A stretch of DNA of 64,000 nucleotides, taken from NCBI RefSeq assembly GCF_964204645.1, contig NC_134036.1, forward strand, positions 5,176,600-5,240,599, read 5' to 3'. Both the position numbers and the translations under genes were made by a program. Positions 35,101 through 48,199 of the stretch are shown here, in pieces; within the stretch, counting starts at the first letter, position 1; every line of letters starts with the position of its first letter. The DNA is from Tubulanus polymorphus (lineage: Eukaryota; Animalia; Nemertea). The notes under the pieces were generated by a model that was not told the origin of the DNA, ran no database searches, and saw nothing but the letters and a program-made list of their open reading frames with translations.

Positions 35101-38100
35101 CACTGATTCATCATACTGTGCGGTGTAGACGCGCTGAACGGGTTTCGATCGCGTTTCACGTTTCCTGATTTTTCAGAGCAAGACAGTCAGACGTCGTCGG
35201 ACCCGACGGAAGCGGTGGCCACGTTTAAAATCGACTACTCGCAGCTGTACGACGCGATGTGCCAAACGCTGAAAGACGACCAGACGACGTTGCTGCTTTA
35301 TACTCTGTTACACCGCAACGCGCACGTCAAAGCGTTCATACTGTCGCGTACTAACGTCGACCAGCTGGTAAGTGAGAATTAGATTGCGCTAGACTCGAGT
35401 TAGATCTTTGAAAAAAAAATTTTGCTGGCTTGACAGGACGGAGTTCGGCGTTACTGTAGACTCGGCTCGAGTCTGATATTTTGATTTGAGAGTGATATCT
35501 GAGTTGTATCGTACAGTAGACTCTCAACAAGTCTGATCTTTTGACTCGAAAGCGATGTCTGTGAGTTGTATGGTACTGTATACTCCCAAGTCTGATCTAT
35601 TTACTTGAAAGTGATATCTGAGTTTGCTGGTACAGACCACTCTGTTCAAGTCGAATTTTTTGACTTCAGAGTGATATCTGAGCTGGATGATATCTGTTAG
35701 TTGGATAGTAGACTCCGCTCAAATCAGACTTTGTTTATCAGATCAAGTTTTGACTTGAAAGAGATGTCAGTGAGTTGGATAGTAAAGAAGACTTTGCTCA
35801 TGTTGGGCCTTTTTAGCCTGAATTCCTTTCAACTGACCAGTCCACCGATTGGAAATTCGGGTCTTATCATTTAGTGTTCTTAAGAAAACAGATTTCTATT
35901 TTCTATTGTTATTCCCCGGTAGGTGATGCCCGTTTTGAAGATCTTATATCACGCGCAGGAAAAGAATTCTCACCACATTTACATGGCGTTGATTATCATA
36001 CTAGTCCTTAGCGAAGACGAAGTTTTCAACAAAAGCATTCACGAAATGGTAAGTCGCGCGTCCCACACATATGCGAAATAGGTTTTAGTTTATAATCCTA
36101 AAGCATCGATGTATACAAGATCCAGTTCCGCAGTGGTGAGTTAACTCCGAATTACAATTCGGTGATTTTCGATGAGTTGACTATAAGTCTATGGAAATGG
36201 GTCCTTGCCGTCATCATTGTGCCCCGAGGAAAAGATTGTTTGCTTCCTCCGTGGATATACAGGTCTCCAGCCTGGATACAGCATCCCCTTAGATGTTTGT
36301 CATTCTTTATTCTTCTAATTTTTGATCGTCCACATTTACATGTGTTCAGGAATTCACCTTAATTGAAGAAATTTCTAATTGAAAATGTACTACAAACACC
36401 CGACCTTAGATGTTTTATCAGCGCACTTTCAAAAACTGATTGTCCACACTTGACATGTGTTCAGTGCTTCACCTGAGACATTTTTAATCGAGAATGAACT
36501 ACAGACATTTGAATTTTATCCGTTTATTTTCAAAAACTGATCGTCCACACTCAAATGTGTTCAGGACTTCACCTGTGACATTTTTGATTGAACATGAACT
36601 ACAAACACCGGAAGTTAGACTTCACCATGGCACTCGTTTTCAAGATGTCGATTTCGTTTTTTTTCAGCGTTTGAAGAATATAACGTGGTTTAAAGAGCGT
36701 CAGATTACGGAGATTACACTCGGAGGATTACTGATTCTCGTCGTAATACGTACTATACAATTCAACATGACCAGAATGAGGGTACGCAGCACGAATCATA
36801 TCTATCTCTTTGAAAATTTCACGCACTCATATCTATTGCAATCCATTGATGGAATCAACTTACTTCGAAAAGTTTCTAACACGCTTTGACATATTGTGTT
36901 GATATTGGGTTTGTGCATGTAATTGTGATTGACAAAAAATGTCATCCTAAAGTATATGCAATCGGGATTAAGATTATATTGTTTATATCTAATGGTCTTC
37001 TTTTATCTGTATTTTCTCTTTTCTAGGACAAGTACTTACACACGAATTGTTTGGCAGCGCTCGCGAACATGTCCAGTCAGTTCAAAGCTCTGCATCCGTA
37101 TGTCAGCCAAAGATTAATCAGGTATGACCGGAGCAATAAAAACAAAATTAAGTTTAGTTTGATATTCAATTGAAGAAAATCTACTGGATTCTGTCATGTA
37201 CTGCGGTTAAGTATGAACTGGTAAAATTCTACCACGAGTTGGTGTCAAATACTGAGTAAGAGTTTGTGAAATACAGTAGACTCTGTCTCTTACTGCGGTT
37301 AAGTTGAGGCCGGTAAAATTCTACCCCGAGTTGGTGTCGAATACTGAGTAAGAGTTTGTGAAATACAGTAGACTCTGTCTCTTACTGCGGTTTAGTTGAA
37401 GCCGGTAAAATTCTAGCGCAAATTAGTGCCCAATAATACTAAGTAAGAGTTTGGGAAATACAGTAGACTCTGTCTCTTACTGCGGTTAAGTTGAGGCCGG
37501 TAAAATTCTAGCGCAAATTAGTGCCCAATAATACTGAGTAAGAGTTTGTGAAATACAGTAGACTCTGTCTCTTACTGCGGTAAAGTTGAGGCCGGTAAAA
37601 TTCTACCTCGAGTTGGTATATGTTGAAATACAGCAAACTTCAACTGACCGAGACTCGATACTTCCTTTAGTAATAATCATCATTGTCGATTTTTCGATGG
37701 TTCGTAATTTTCGCTACGCATCTTCTCGATTTGCAGCCTATTTTCACAGCTGTGCAAGAAGCACACAAAACTGATCGAACAGATACAACACGCGGCGTCG
37801 CAGGAAACGCGCAGTGTCGAAAGCGGCTCCGAGACCGACCTCGAACAGGAACACGTAAGTGACACGCATGTTTATCGAACGACATTCGGTTCATGATCGT
37901 CTACACTTCGCATGTGTTCAGTATTTAACCTCAGACATTTTTGATTTGAAATGAACTACAAACACTATATATAGATTTCATTTGCACACTTTCGGAAACT
38001 GGTTGTTCACACTTCACATGTATTCAGAATTTCGCATTGAGATATTTTAACCCTTTCAATGCTGACTAATCAATACCCTATAGTGCTGGAGATAATTTGA

Positions 38101-40254
38101 AAATTTTGAAAAATTCCACCCTAGTGTGTTGAATAACGGGAATACCGCTATAGTGCGTCTACACCGAGGTGCGGTGTATCATTAGTTACTAACATTTCAC
38201 TAAGTTTGACAGGTGCTGCCATCTTTCAATAGAGATAAAAACTATTTACTAATTACATCAATACACCGCAATGCGGTGTGCTAGCAAAATCCATCACCGA
38301 TTCATACACCGCACTGCAGTGTAGATGCACTGAAAGGGTTAATCGGAAATGAACTACGGACACCAGATATTAGACATTTATCGGCGCGCTTTCAAGAACT
38401 GATCGTCCACAATTCACGCGTGTTCAGCGCATCATACGAGTTTTTAATTGAATTGAAAATGATTAATTAGCTCATCGTCAAAATTAGTGACTGTTTTACC
38501 CATTTCAACGGATGATACTTCATTTTTAATCGGTTTTTAATTCGGGCGGCTGCTGTTTTTTTTTCGTCCTCAGCTGCAGGATTTATCCGTGCTGGAAGAG
38601 GTGATTCGTATGGTGTTGGAGATCGTCAACTCGTGTTTAACTCATGCCCTGCATCACAATCCGAACCTCGTCTACACGCTGCTCTACAAGCGAGAGCTGT
38701 TCGCGTACTTCCGCACGCATCCGACCTTTCAAGACATCATCCAGAACATCGATACGGTGAGTTCCAGTTTTTAGCCCACTATATACATTCGCGGTGGAAT
38801 AGCACAGTCTCTCTAGTCACCGTAACTTAAGTCGTAAGCACCCGAAATGTTTCTAATATTTTAGTAAACGTTTAAGACATTTCTTCATTTATTGTGGGAT
38901 TTTGTTTTATCACGGATGTTGTGAGCTACAGCCGATTATTCAGCACAGGGTTCTTTCGAGTTTTGGAAAGTGTTGGAAAGTTTTGAAAAATTAGAATTTT
39001 TTATAAGGCCCTCGGAAAGCTATGGAAATTTTGTGGTGACAGTTTGTTAGGGGGTATAGAGAATTTATAACCTGGGTGTGGACAATCAAATTGCTCAACC
39101 CGTAAGAACCCGATAGCACGAATAATAGAATAGCATATACCGGCAACGGTATATTAGTAGCTATGCACATTTCGTAGCCATGATCAATTGCGAATTTGAA
39201 GCTCATGACATGCTTCATAATTATGGTCAGTTTCAAGTCATTGGTTTCTGTACATGTTCACTTGGGGGCGTTGAACGGGGGAATAATATGGTATTTTTGT
39301 ATATATTAGTACTTTTGCATATTCTGTAACAACAATCCGTATGGGACCCAGGCATATTTTGTAACCACGGTGAATTGCAAAATTATAGCTCATCGCTCGT
39401 GAATAATCATTGGGAAAAAAATACATGCGAAAATTCATGGAAATGTATGAATAATTGCGAGAAAAATGTCTCGAAATGTTTTGATTCCATCGTATGCCTT
39501 ATACCGTTGAGCTCAGAATTTATGCGCAATCTGTGAGAAAATTTCGTAAGAAATTTTATTCGATAATACGTCCAGATTTTGAGCAGTATTGTTATTTTAC
39601 CTAAGGCAGATAACTGTTGGAAAAATATGGAAAATCATGTGAAACCATATTTTATCTGGTGAACGATGCAATTGTTGAAAGAAGATTTTTAATTGTTCGT
39701 GGCTTTTTTCAGGTGCTCGCCTATTTCTCAAGTCGTTTAGAACAAACCGATTCGAATTTGTCCGTCGAACAGGTGCGCGACGTCATCGAACAGGGAATCC
39801 GTCAATTCAGCAAAACGAAACTAAAGGTACGATGTTTTAAAAAATGGATGTTAGCGCCCGAAACGAAAATGTACTCATAGAACGATAACCACACTCAAAC
39901 GTGGTGAACGGATAATAAGATAAAATCCCACTATTTACAGATTAAAAGAATTTAAAAACAAGAATTTATTTATTAAATCTAAAATATTTAAAAGACACGA
40001 CGTTTCGATCTCACCCTAGAGATCATCGTCAGGTGAAAATGTACTGGACACGTGTTCCTTTTTACGTTTTATTTCTACGCGATTATATCATTTTTCAGAA
40101 ATTCCCCGAGTTGAAGTTCAAGTACGTCGAAGAGGAGTCGCCCGAGGAGTTCTTCATACCGTACGTGTGGTCGTTGGTCTATCACTCGTCGCACCTTTAC
40201 TTCAATTCTTCGCGTATTCAACTGTTCACGCTGTCGACGACGACAGTCACTTGA
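29104..40254 (+). CDS. DYM: Dymeclin
   Basis: 15 coding exons: 29104-29243, 29939-30085, 30590-30750, 31529-31637, 32298-32423, 32916-33043, 33982-34179, 35177-35367, 35923-36048, 36668-36781, 37027-37121, 37737-37854, 38574-38756, 39713-39826, 40099-40254. Recognisable motifs NEYLKRL...[93 protein letters not shown]. Confidence 0.96.
30962..31019. repeat. Hairpin / inverted repeat in a DYM intron
   Basis: atgaaata...attgaaacgaaacta-ga-tagtttcgtttcaat...tatttcat. Confidence 0.7.
31345..31480 (-). mobile_element. SINE-like remnant with tandem ~51-bp units each carrying a Pol III B-box
   Basis: GGTTCGAATCCC on the minus strand in repeated gggattcgaacctgatggcatcgcgagactct; relative at ~13040-13135. 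Confidence 0.55.
34873..35142. mobile_element. piggyBac-like MITE, degenerate copy
   Basis: ttaa|ccctttcagtgctg start and collinear similarity to 38051-38338; fragments at ~26258-26480, 33530-33880 and 34620-34780. Confidence 0.7.
35390..35810 (+). repeat. ~60-62-bp degenerate tandem repeat in a DYM intron
   Basis: Recurring gtagactc...agtctgatcttttgacttgaaagtgatatctgagttg. Confidence 0.75.
37180..37625 (+). repeat. ~92-bp tandem repeat array, about 5 units
   Basis: agtttgtgaa at 37261 and 37353 gives a 92-bp period. Confidence 0.9.
38051..38338. mobile_element. piggyBac-like MITE (288 bp) with TTAA target-site duplication
   Basis: TTAA(38047-38050)|CCCTTTCAATGC ... GCACTGAAAGGG|TTAA(38339-38342). 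Confidence 0.85.
39878..40035 (-). mobile_element. Penelope-like terminal repeat fragment in the last DYM intron
   Basis: Hammerhead core followed on the minus strand by an AT-rich tract and gtgggattttatc...ccacgtttgagtgtggttatcgttcta; similar end at ~23960-24030. Confidence 0.65.
39996..40035 (-). ncRNA. Minimal type I hammerhead ribozyme motif
   Basis: Minus strand: cac CUGACGA u gaucuc-uagggu-gagauc GAAAC GUC gug; intact core, perfect 6-bp stem II, GUC site, 3-bp stem I. Confidence 0.75.
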
Positions 40255-41480
40255 TGTCGACCGTATTAACGGATTCCGGCCGCCGCAACGGAAATTAATT
40301 TCTTTAGAAAAAATCCGAAAAAAAATCTAAAAAAAACGAACTCTCGGACGAACAAATCTTTGTGACTATATATACATATATATGTGGCGAATGGCTATGT
40401 TCCCTATTCACCTGTATTTATGGGGAGGGTATTTCCCCGTGGACTATATTCTGGTAACAACTTCATTCCGATTTGGCAGGTTTTAAAGTCAAAGCTATTA
40501 CGGAGTGTTTCTCGATTGGCGTAGAGACCTATCGGTATGATAGGAAATGCGTTCTTGTTATCGGTGACGAGTTACCTCGTGGATTAGCCGATAGCCTTTA
40601 GCTGAATATCGAACCTGCACAGACTTACTGACTTGAGTTTGTTAGTTGTATTAGATATGAAGACTTAGTCTCAAAAGTTGTTAAATTCCCGTTAGATTGT
40701 CTAAGACTAGTCTTCAAATCGTATGAGCATGGTCGTTTTTAAGTGGTTAAGTTGGTGGTTAAGTTGGCTTTTCGACTTATATGGGCTTAGACTAGCCTTA
40801 AATTATTAAAATGGTTGGTCTTATGTTGTTCAATTGGCCGAAGAGTTAAGATGATCTTAAAGACTTGCCTTAAATCATAGGACTGGTCTTAAGTCGTTGG
40901 ATGAGGCTTGTGAACTAAGAACATCTGAGACTGGTCTTTAATCTGAGCTGTGTGCAGCTGACCCATATGTTTATGAAAAGCTACTCGAGGTATAAAGGAA
41001 AAGATTAATATCGTTTTAAAGAGATTCCAAGACAGGAGTGTCACAATCTGTTGTCGGTTTCGGTGCGTGCTTGCCTGAACGAATAACTATTCTTAAACTA
41101 GAACAAAAAAACGATATCGGCTAAAATTCTTAAGGGATATTCTGAAAATAGGTTTTCTTTAGGTACAAAGTGTCCAATGCGAAGCTATGCTAATGTAAAT
41201 AGATGACTATTCTCGATGAAGGGGTATTATAGACATTCAGTGTCTAAAAAGGTACAACGTTTCGCATTTTGGGCGTCGACAGGGGTAATCGATTACTTTA
41301 AAAACGGTGAACCTCTCCTAATTCGGACGAACTAACACCGGCGAAATCGGTCCTAGGTAGACGAAAGACCAGTTTAGAAAAGAGATCGGAAGAAAAGGTT
41401 GAATTTAAGTCGAAGAAAAAATTCATTTCAGCCCGAACTACTCCGCGTCGACCATATCTGAGTTAGGTCAGGTTTACCTT

Positions 41481-41707
41481 TAAGGCTAAACAAAAATGAT
41501 ACCTTGTTTCTCCGCAGCGGCCGGGTTATTTTTGTAAAATATGATAAAATTTGTAAACAGTTCATTTCTATAGCGGCCGAGTCTGTTACGGTAAACTTGA
41601 TCACGATTTTAAAAAAAGTTATGTATAGGGTAGATAGGCGGCCGGCCGGGTCAACTTTCAAGCTCAGCAGAGCGGAGAAACAAGGTATCAAATTTTTTTT
41701 AGCCTTA
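41481..41707. mobile_element. Tourist/Harbinger-like MITE
   Basis: TIRs taaggctaaa...tgataccttgtttctccgc / gcggagaaacaaggtatca...tttagcctta; GGC...GCC ends flanked by TAA/TTA. Confidence 0.7.
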
Positions 41708-44010
41708 CTTTAGCAGCATATGAATATAATACTTAAAAGGTTTGTGTTTACTTGCGTAGTAGAGGCTCGTATTAGATACTAGTCTAATAGGGTGCTTCCG
41801 CTCGGGCCATTTTGAGGCAGTACCACATTGTTGGACAGATTTTAATGTTCCTTATCCTAAAACCATTAGCGCGATTTATTGTCCATCTCCCATTTGCCGG
41901 AAAAATTAATGTTATATATTGTTAAAAAGGTGGCACACAGACAAACACAGTGTTACAGTTCAAGAAAATACGTCACTTTTAGGACACTTTTTATGCTGCC
42001 TTGAAAAATTGGACCTGCAGGACTGCGCCTCAAGTTGGCGCCTGGTATCTGGAAACATCCTTATTTGCCGGATAATGGTCTAATCTCGGAGTAGTCCGCA
42101 ACCATTACTCCAAGGTCTAATATCGATTCTCACACTAGCCGCTTGAACGTGTGTGGTCTTCACCCGTGGCTGTGCGTAGTTGGGTGGTATCGAAAAAGGT
42201 ACACAGATTCTTCCTCGCGCGACGCCTCAGAAATTTCTTTCGGTTTCGAGCACAGCTGGGATCATTCGCGGGCGCGACCGAGGAACCTTCGGCTTTCGGC
42301 GGGGAATTCGTACGCGTAGATAGTAGTCAAGGGCCTCTATTTAACGTAAAGCCCGTATAGAATATTTCCCCCCAATGTTAAAAGAACAAAACCGAACATC
42401 TTTAATTGTTAAGAATGCTTTCTTCGAATGACCTGGTGTTGTATACGATTCTATATGTTCGTGTATTTTTAATCGCCGTACATTATCATTTCCTATACAC
42501 GTGTGATTATTCCAAAACTATCTATGTCGGTGTGTAAATATAATGATAATTTATGCTAAATATATCGATCTATACGTGTAACGTTACTATAACTCGATAC
42601 GAGGACCTATTTGTAAAAAGGTGGAAAATATAACTCGGAATAATCGTCATTATCCGTTATATGTTTATTAGTCGATTCTTTTTTTAGGATCAACTGCGTT
42701 GACCCTTATAGAATGGTCCTGAGAGTAAGTTTCTGTTAGCTCTTGGTGGCACAAATTGTAACCACTGGATGTACACAGCTGATATTTTGTCAATAGGTGG
42801 AAAATAGATCGTGGAATTGAACTGACAGGTTTCGTCCATCAGCTCTAAGCCGTTTGGAAGTACTGGGAGAAAATGTGCAAAATTTCTATGTATTTTTTTC
42901 CAATTCTGCTAATCGATGCTTGACCTAGTTTTATGACATCACAGGGAAAGCCCTTTAGAAGGGCATCACTTGGAAATCCCTTTCGAAGAGCTTTCCCAGT
43001 GACATCATTAAGGAGAACTGTTCTACCATGTACTTGTGACTCATGGGGAAAACCCATTACCTTGTACATCAACCAAGTTGAACATTACATGCTTACTACA
43101 CAGAGCACAATCTGATGATTTCATCAGCTGTTTATAAGTAATTGCAAATCCAAGAACAAATCGATTTTGTGCTCAAAACTATGTACTCAGTTCGACCCAT
43201 GGTCCTTCATTTTCTTATTTTACCGAATTCTATGGGTATATATATGTTGCAAGGGCAACGCTGTATATGCGAGGAATTAGTTTGAAATTGAAATGGAATG
43301 AAATGAAATGGTCAACGAGCGCTTTTGATAATAGTCCTGTAATTTACAAGGTGCTATATTTACAATCCTATCCTACAATCCTATCCTATCATAGCCGCAT
43401 CGAGTGGTATACTGACGGACATCACGAAATATTAAAATTGACAATTAAAAAAACATCACAAAGTGGGTATAAATACATTAAACAATATTTGACAGGGACA
43501 ATTAAGATATATGTTATATTCAAAGAAAATGTCAAATTACAGCTATTTATACATATTCGCAATGAACCTCTGAAAGATAAAGTCAGTTTTTTAAAACCTA
43601 AACCGTCGCCTAGGTCTGTTTAGTTTCGCTTCGTTTTACAAAACATTCCTAATTTCAGGTTCGTAGAAAGTGAAAACGTTACAACGAAGAAATGAGTAAG
43701 ACAATTTGGTGATTTTGATTATCAAAATTGATGAATTCGATGATCAATTTCGTACCGGATATAACAAACTATCGGTTATAACGAACATATTTTCTGGTGA
43801 CGTGTAGTTCGCTGTAACGAGGTTCCACGCTGGGTATAGAAAAAACAAATAACGATACTGTATATTAATACACTATATAAGAACCAAACTATTCACTGAA
43901 AATTTCAACATATTCATTGTTAATTTCCTTCGTGTTCAATATCTTGTAATATTTTAGCTCGGATGGATTTTCGTTATAGTAACTTGTAAGGTTTCTTTAG
44001 TTAAGGTTCC

Positions 44011-45905
44011 AGTAGGATTAGGATTAGGATTAGGATTTTATTTACACTCCAACCATTTCTATGGTACATGGAGGGAGACTTATACAAAGTATACAATATT
44101 TACAATTAACGGAAAGTATAAACTTGTTTTGATAAAATATAACAAAGTTATTAACAATATATACATACACTATTTACAACATACTAATTATTGGAGGGAT
44201 CTATATACATCTTAGCCTTTTTTAATGAATTATGCAAGGTGGATTGTAGGATTTTTTAGAATACCAGTTGTGCGAATTTGTGGTGACATCTATCGGTTGA
44301 AATAGGAAGCTCGCTTCGTTAGCGCGCTCGCGTATGGCGGGTCGTTAGGCTTACGCGAGGTAACGGGCGATTGTCGGTAGATGAAACAAATGCTACGCAA
44401 TTCATTTCCGATGAAATATAATCTCGTTATTTCTAGTCGACCTCGCTAGCGTTTTATAAGGCATGAACATAAGAACACCTGTTAGGTTTGATTTCACGTA
44501 GGATTTATATAGATCAGGCTCCTTCTAATTAGCATTTCTAATCTTGACTAATAAGTGTAATTTTTGGCCCGCGATCTGGATGGCGATAACACGCTACCGG
44601 TGATGCGGGTACAGTCAGTACGGGTTATACGTGAAGAACTGGTTTTAATGGGTACGGTTATAGTTACGTGTTGCCCCCTTTTCCAATGTGATTCGTGGTG
44701 TTGTGACAGTTGATCGGCGCTCTCTAGTATAGGCTGGCTCATGCTCACGAGATAAGATAACTTCACTTGTCTCCACGACTGAAAACGATAGTATAAGTAG
44801 GCAATAACAATAGTAATAATAATTCTTAATTAATGTATATAAATTACCACCGTTCAATGCGCAGACGTGATTAAATCTTTAATTGTAACGAGAGAAACCC
44901 CTCAATGAATTCAGCCAAAACGAGAAACTTGAATAGAAGAGTATAATATTTGCGCAACGTTTCGGCTAAGGACTATTAGCCATCATCAGGCGTACTGAAC
45001 TACTATCACTTAGTACGCCTGATGATGGCTAATAGTTTTTAGCCGAAACGTGGGATTTCTCTCGTTATCATCTTACACGGATATTGTGTATCTTCTCGTC
45101 TCATCTTTAATTACATATTGAATTAAATACACATTTTGAGAGAAAATTAGTTAGTCTTTTCAGGGTATTCAAGTTATTGGTACTTAAAAGTTCACTATAT
45201 TTGAGTACATTGGGGTGTTTCCTATATCTTTCAGGTAGTAATTCTTGTCCGTTACGTTTATACTTTTGACACACAAAAATACAATGGAACTCGTCACCAA
45301 TTTCGTCCAGGTCACAGCTACACAGTATCCGGTCCCGACAAGCGAATACGAATACGAATATTTATTACACTCCAACCAATCCCATTGTATATGGAGGAAA
45401 AAACAGTTTTTGCAATTATTTACAAAAACAGTAGATAAAAGCACTTTGAAACATAACAAACGTTATTTACAAAATACAATTTACACACACTACCGGAGGG
45501 ATCTATATACATCTAGACTTAATTTGATAAATTTAGCACGTTTTTTAAGTTGGATTCGACGTATAGATGCGTGGTGCCATCTATTCGTTGAAATAGGAAG
45601 CTCGCTTCGTTAGCGCTCTCGCGTATGGCGGGTCGCGAGGCTTACGCGAGGTAACGGGCGATTGTCGTTAGATGAAACCAATGCGACGCAATTCTTTTCG
45701 AAATGAAATATAATCTCGTTATTTTTAGTCGACCTCGCTAGTTTTTTATAATGCAAACATAAGAATACCGGTTAGGTTCGATTTCACGTAGGATTTATAT
45801 AGATCAGGCTCGTGGAAATCTGCAGTCTCATCTTGGAAATAAGTCATTTTTTGGCCCGCGACCCAGACGGCGATAACGCGCTGCTGGTGATGCGGGTACA
45901 ATCGT
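44011..45905. repeat. Two diverged direct copies (~44011-44610 and ~45343-45905) of a composite repeat
   Basis: Shared blocks ttacactccaacca, ggagggatctatatacatct and ~300 bp starting gttgaaataggaagctcgcttcgttagcgc. Confidence 0.85.
44885..45102. mobile_element. Penelope-like insertion with an inverted pair of hammerhead cores and 10-bp flanking direct repeats
   Basis: Inverted arms 44957-44996 and 45012-45051, each CUGAUGA-u-ggcuaa...uuagcc-GAAACGU; ATCTTTAATT at 44875-44884 and 45103-45112. Confidence 0.75.
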
Positions 45906-48199
45906 CAAGGTCCACCGTCTGTAAAGAAAATCGTAAGCGACTTACGTCGTCCGGTAACGATTCTAAAAATACTGTAGCGGCCTTTCTACTTTGACGCGAT
46001 GTTAATAAAACATTCTTCTGAATTCACGGACGGTATGCTTGGAAAGCCGGGCCCGGGTTCCGAAGGGCACAATGATAATCGCGAACGGGCACTAAACTAA
46101 ATACGAAGGGCAGCCCAACGTACGCGGCGTGCGCTCCATGAAAAGGGGTCCAAGGAAATATTGGTGTTCTCAAAGGCGAGAATATTCGTTGGCTGTCATG
46201 CGGGAATAACTCCTATTTCTTAACAAAATGAAAAGAAGAAATCTTAAAAAATAATTGAGGCACCTTGAAGAATTTATGGGGAGGGGGTGATTAGTTTCCC
46301 TGCATCCGCCCTTGAAATTCATTTTAGATCTTGATACAATTTGGCCATTTGAATGGTGAATTTATCAGCTCAATACTAACCACACGAGCTACCCGCCGGC
46401 GACAACCTCAACCGTAGATAAAAGTAAGTCTTCGGTGACCTCGTTACGCGCGCCTATTTGTTCGGCGTATAGCCGCAAAATAATTCGTTTAATCCAGTCC
46501 TTATAACGCAATCGTCGTATATTCGACGCAGAAAATCTACGGACATATTATACGGGTCAATCTTCTTCATCTCTCCGACAAAATGGACATACACCTAAGC
46601 TCGACACGTGGGAATTATTTAAGGAGCAAAAATATGACTGTAGACAGTACGATATACTGGGGATATTTCGTCGTGAAAAAGGAGCAGCGCAAATAATGAA
46701 CGTAGTCTAACGTCTCGGGGTGAGTTCAAATAGTTTTATTATAGACTTTCCTTATCTCTTCGTGTACCATCCGCGGAGTCTCATACCATTGTTAAAACTT
46801 GCTAAGTATCGCTTGGAAAATAGACATCTATAAGTACGAAGTCAGATATGTATTTCATGAACACGATATCGGGCGTATATGTTTGCACGTACTGCGTGTC
46901 TGTTATTATATTTCTTAAATTTTGGAAATATCCATATCTAGGATTTTGATTCGTTTGAACTGATGATAGGGTAGGAATCTTTAGCCGGCGCAATTAGAAA
47001 TATCTCAAGCATATCGGGTACATGCCGAATAAAAGTCTGAGGCCTCTGCGGTGAATTTTAGACTGGTAAAATTCTACTCCGAGCTGGTGTCAAATACGGA
47101 GTAAGAGTTTGTGAAAGGCAGTAGACTGTGTCTCTTCTTGCGTGAAAGTTGAGATTAGTAAAATTCTAACCCGAGTTAGTGTAAAATACCGAGTAAAGAG
47201 AGTTTGCGATACAGTACACGCAGTGTCTTAATCGGTGAACTAGATCTCCATCTATCTCAACATTCACGAACTTGAATAAATTGCTTAATTGAATAGTTTG
47301 CATCAAATATCCGTCGCATACCTCGACACGTTACGCGGGTGTCTTAGATCACTTTGGGGATTCTATGTGACTTGATATTGGACGCATATAAGCATAATAT
47401 TATTCTACTGTAGTTCATTTATGTTTTTCAATATCTGGAAATAATCGAAAACGTAGCTACAGTTATAATCATAGATATATGAAATTGCAGGAAAATATTG
47501 CAATCAAAAATAGTAATCAAAAATAATTCTTTCCAGTCAATCAATATAGACGTTTTTTGTCAAGTATGATTCATAAATCATAATTGTTTCGATGAACAAT
47601 TAAATCCGTCGCTCAAATTTCCCCCAAGGAATTGGACGAGATAATAATTTCTTTCCGGCAATTTTTCGTAAACACGGAAGCGTCCTGAGGACGCGAGAAT
47701 TTCTTTTCTGATTTATGAAGAAAGATTCAGGCATTTCTCGATGATATTCATCTCGTCGATAAATTAATGGGAAAAATAATTTCAATTACTAAATCTAATT
47801 CTGACAAGTTATATCTTATTAAAAAGTACATGAATCCTTTTTCTTAATTCATAAATAAGAAAAACAAATTCTCTCATGTCCCCAGGACTTTATTGACGAC
47901 TTACAATAAGTCGATATAAAGATGGCGACTTTTTTGAAATAGTGAAAGGGAAAAAATAATTTTGATAGTTAAATCGATTTTCTGACGAGTCATATCTTAC
48001 CAAAATGACCTGAATCTATTTTTCTTAATTCATAAATCGGTAAAAAAACAATTTTCCTCATTTCCCAGGACGCTTCCGTACAATACAATATAGACAATAA
48101 TGCTCAATATAAACGCAGTGCCCATTTACGCGAATACGAAGAACTCGAAATTTCTTGTTTGAGAAAGCGAGAACTTCTTATATTCTTTGTTTATATTTA

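Noticed and set aside
44011-44035. (TTAGGA)n as a telomeric repeat
   Set aside because: Only about four units, not TTAGGG, and it sits at a retroelement-like 3' end.
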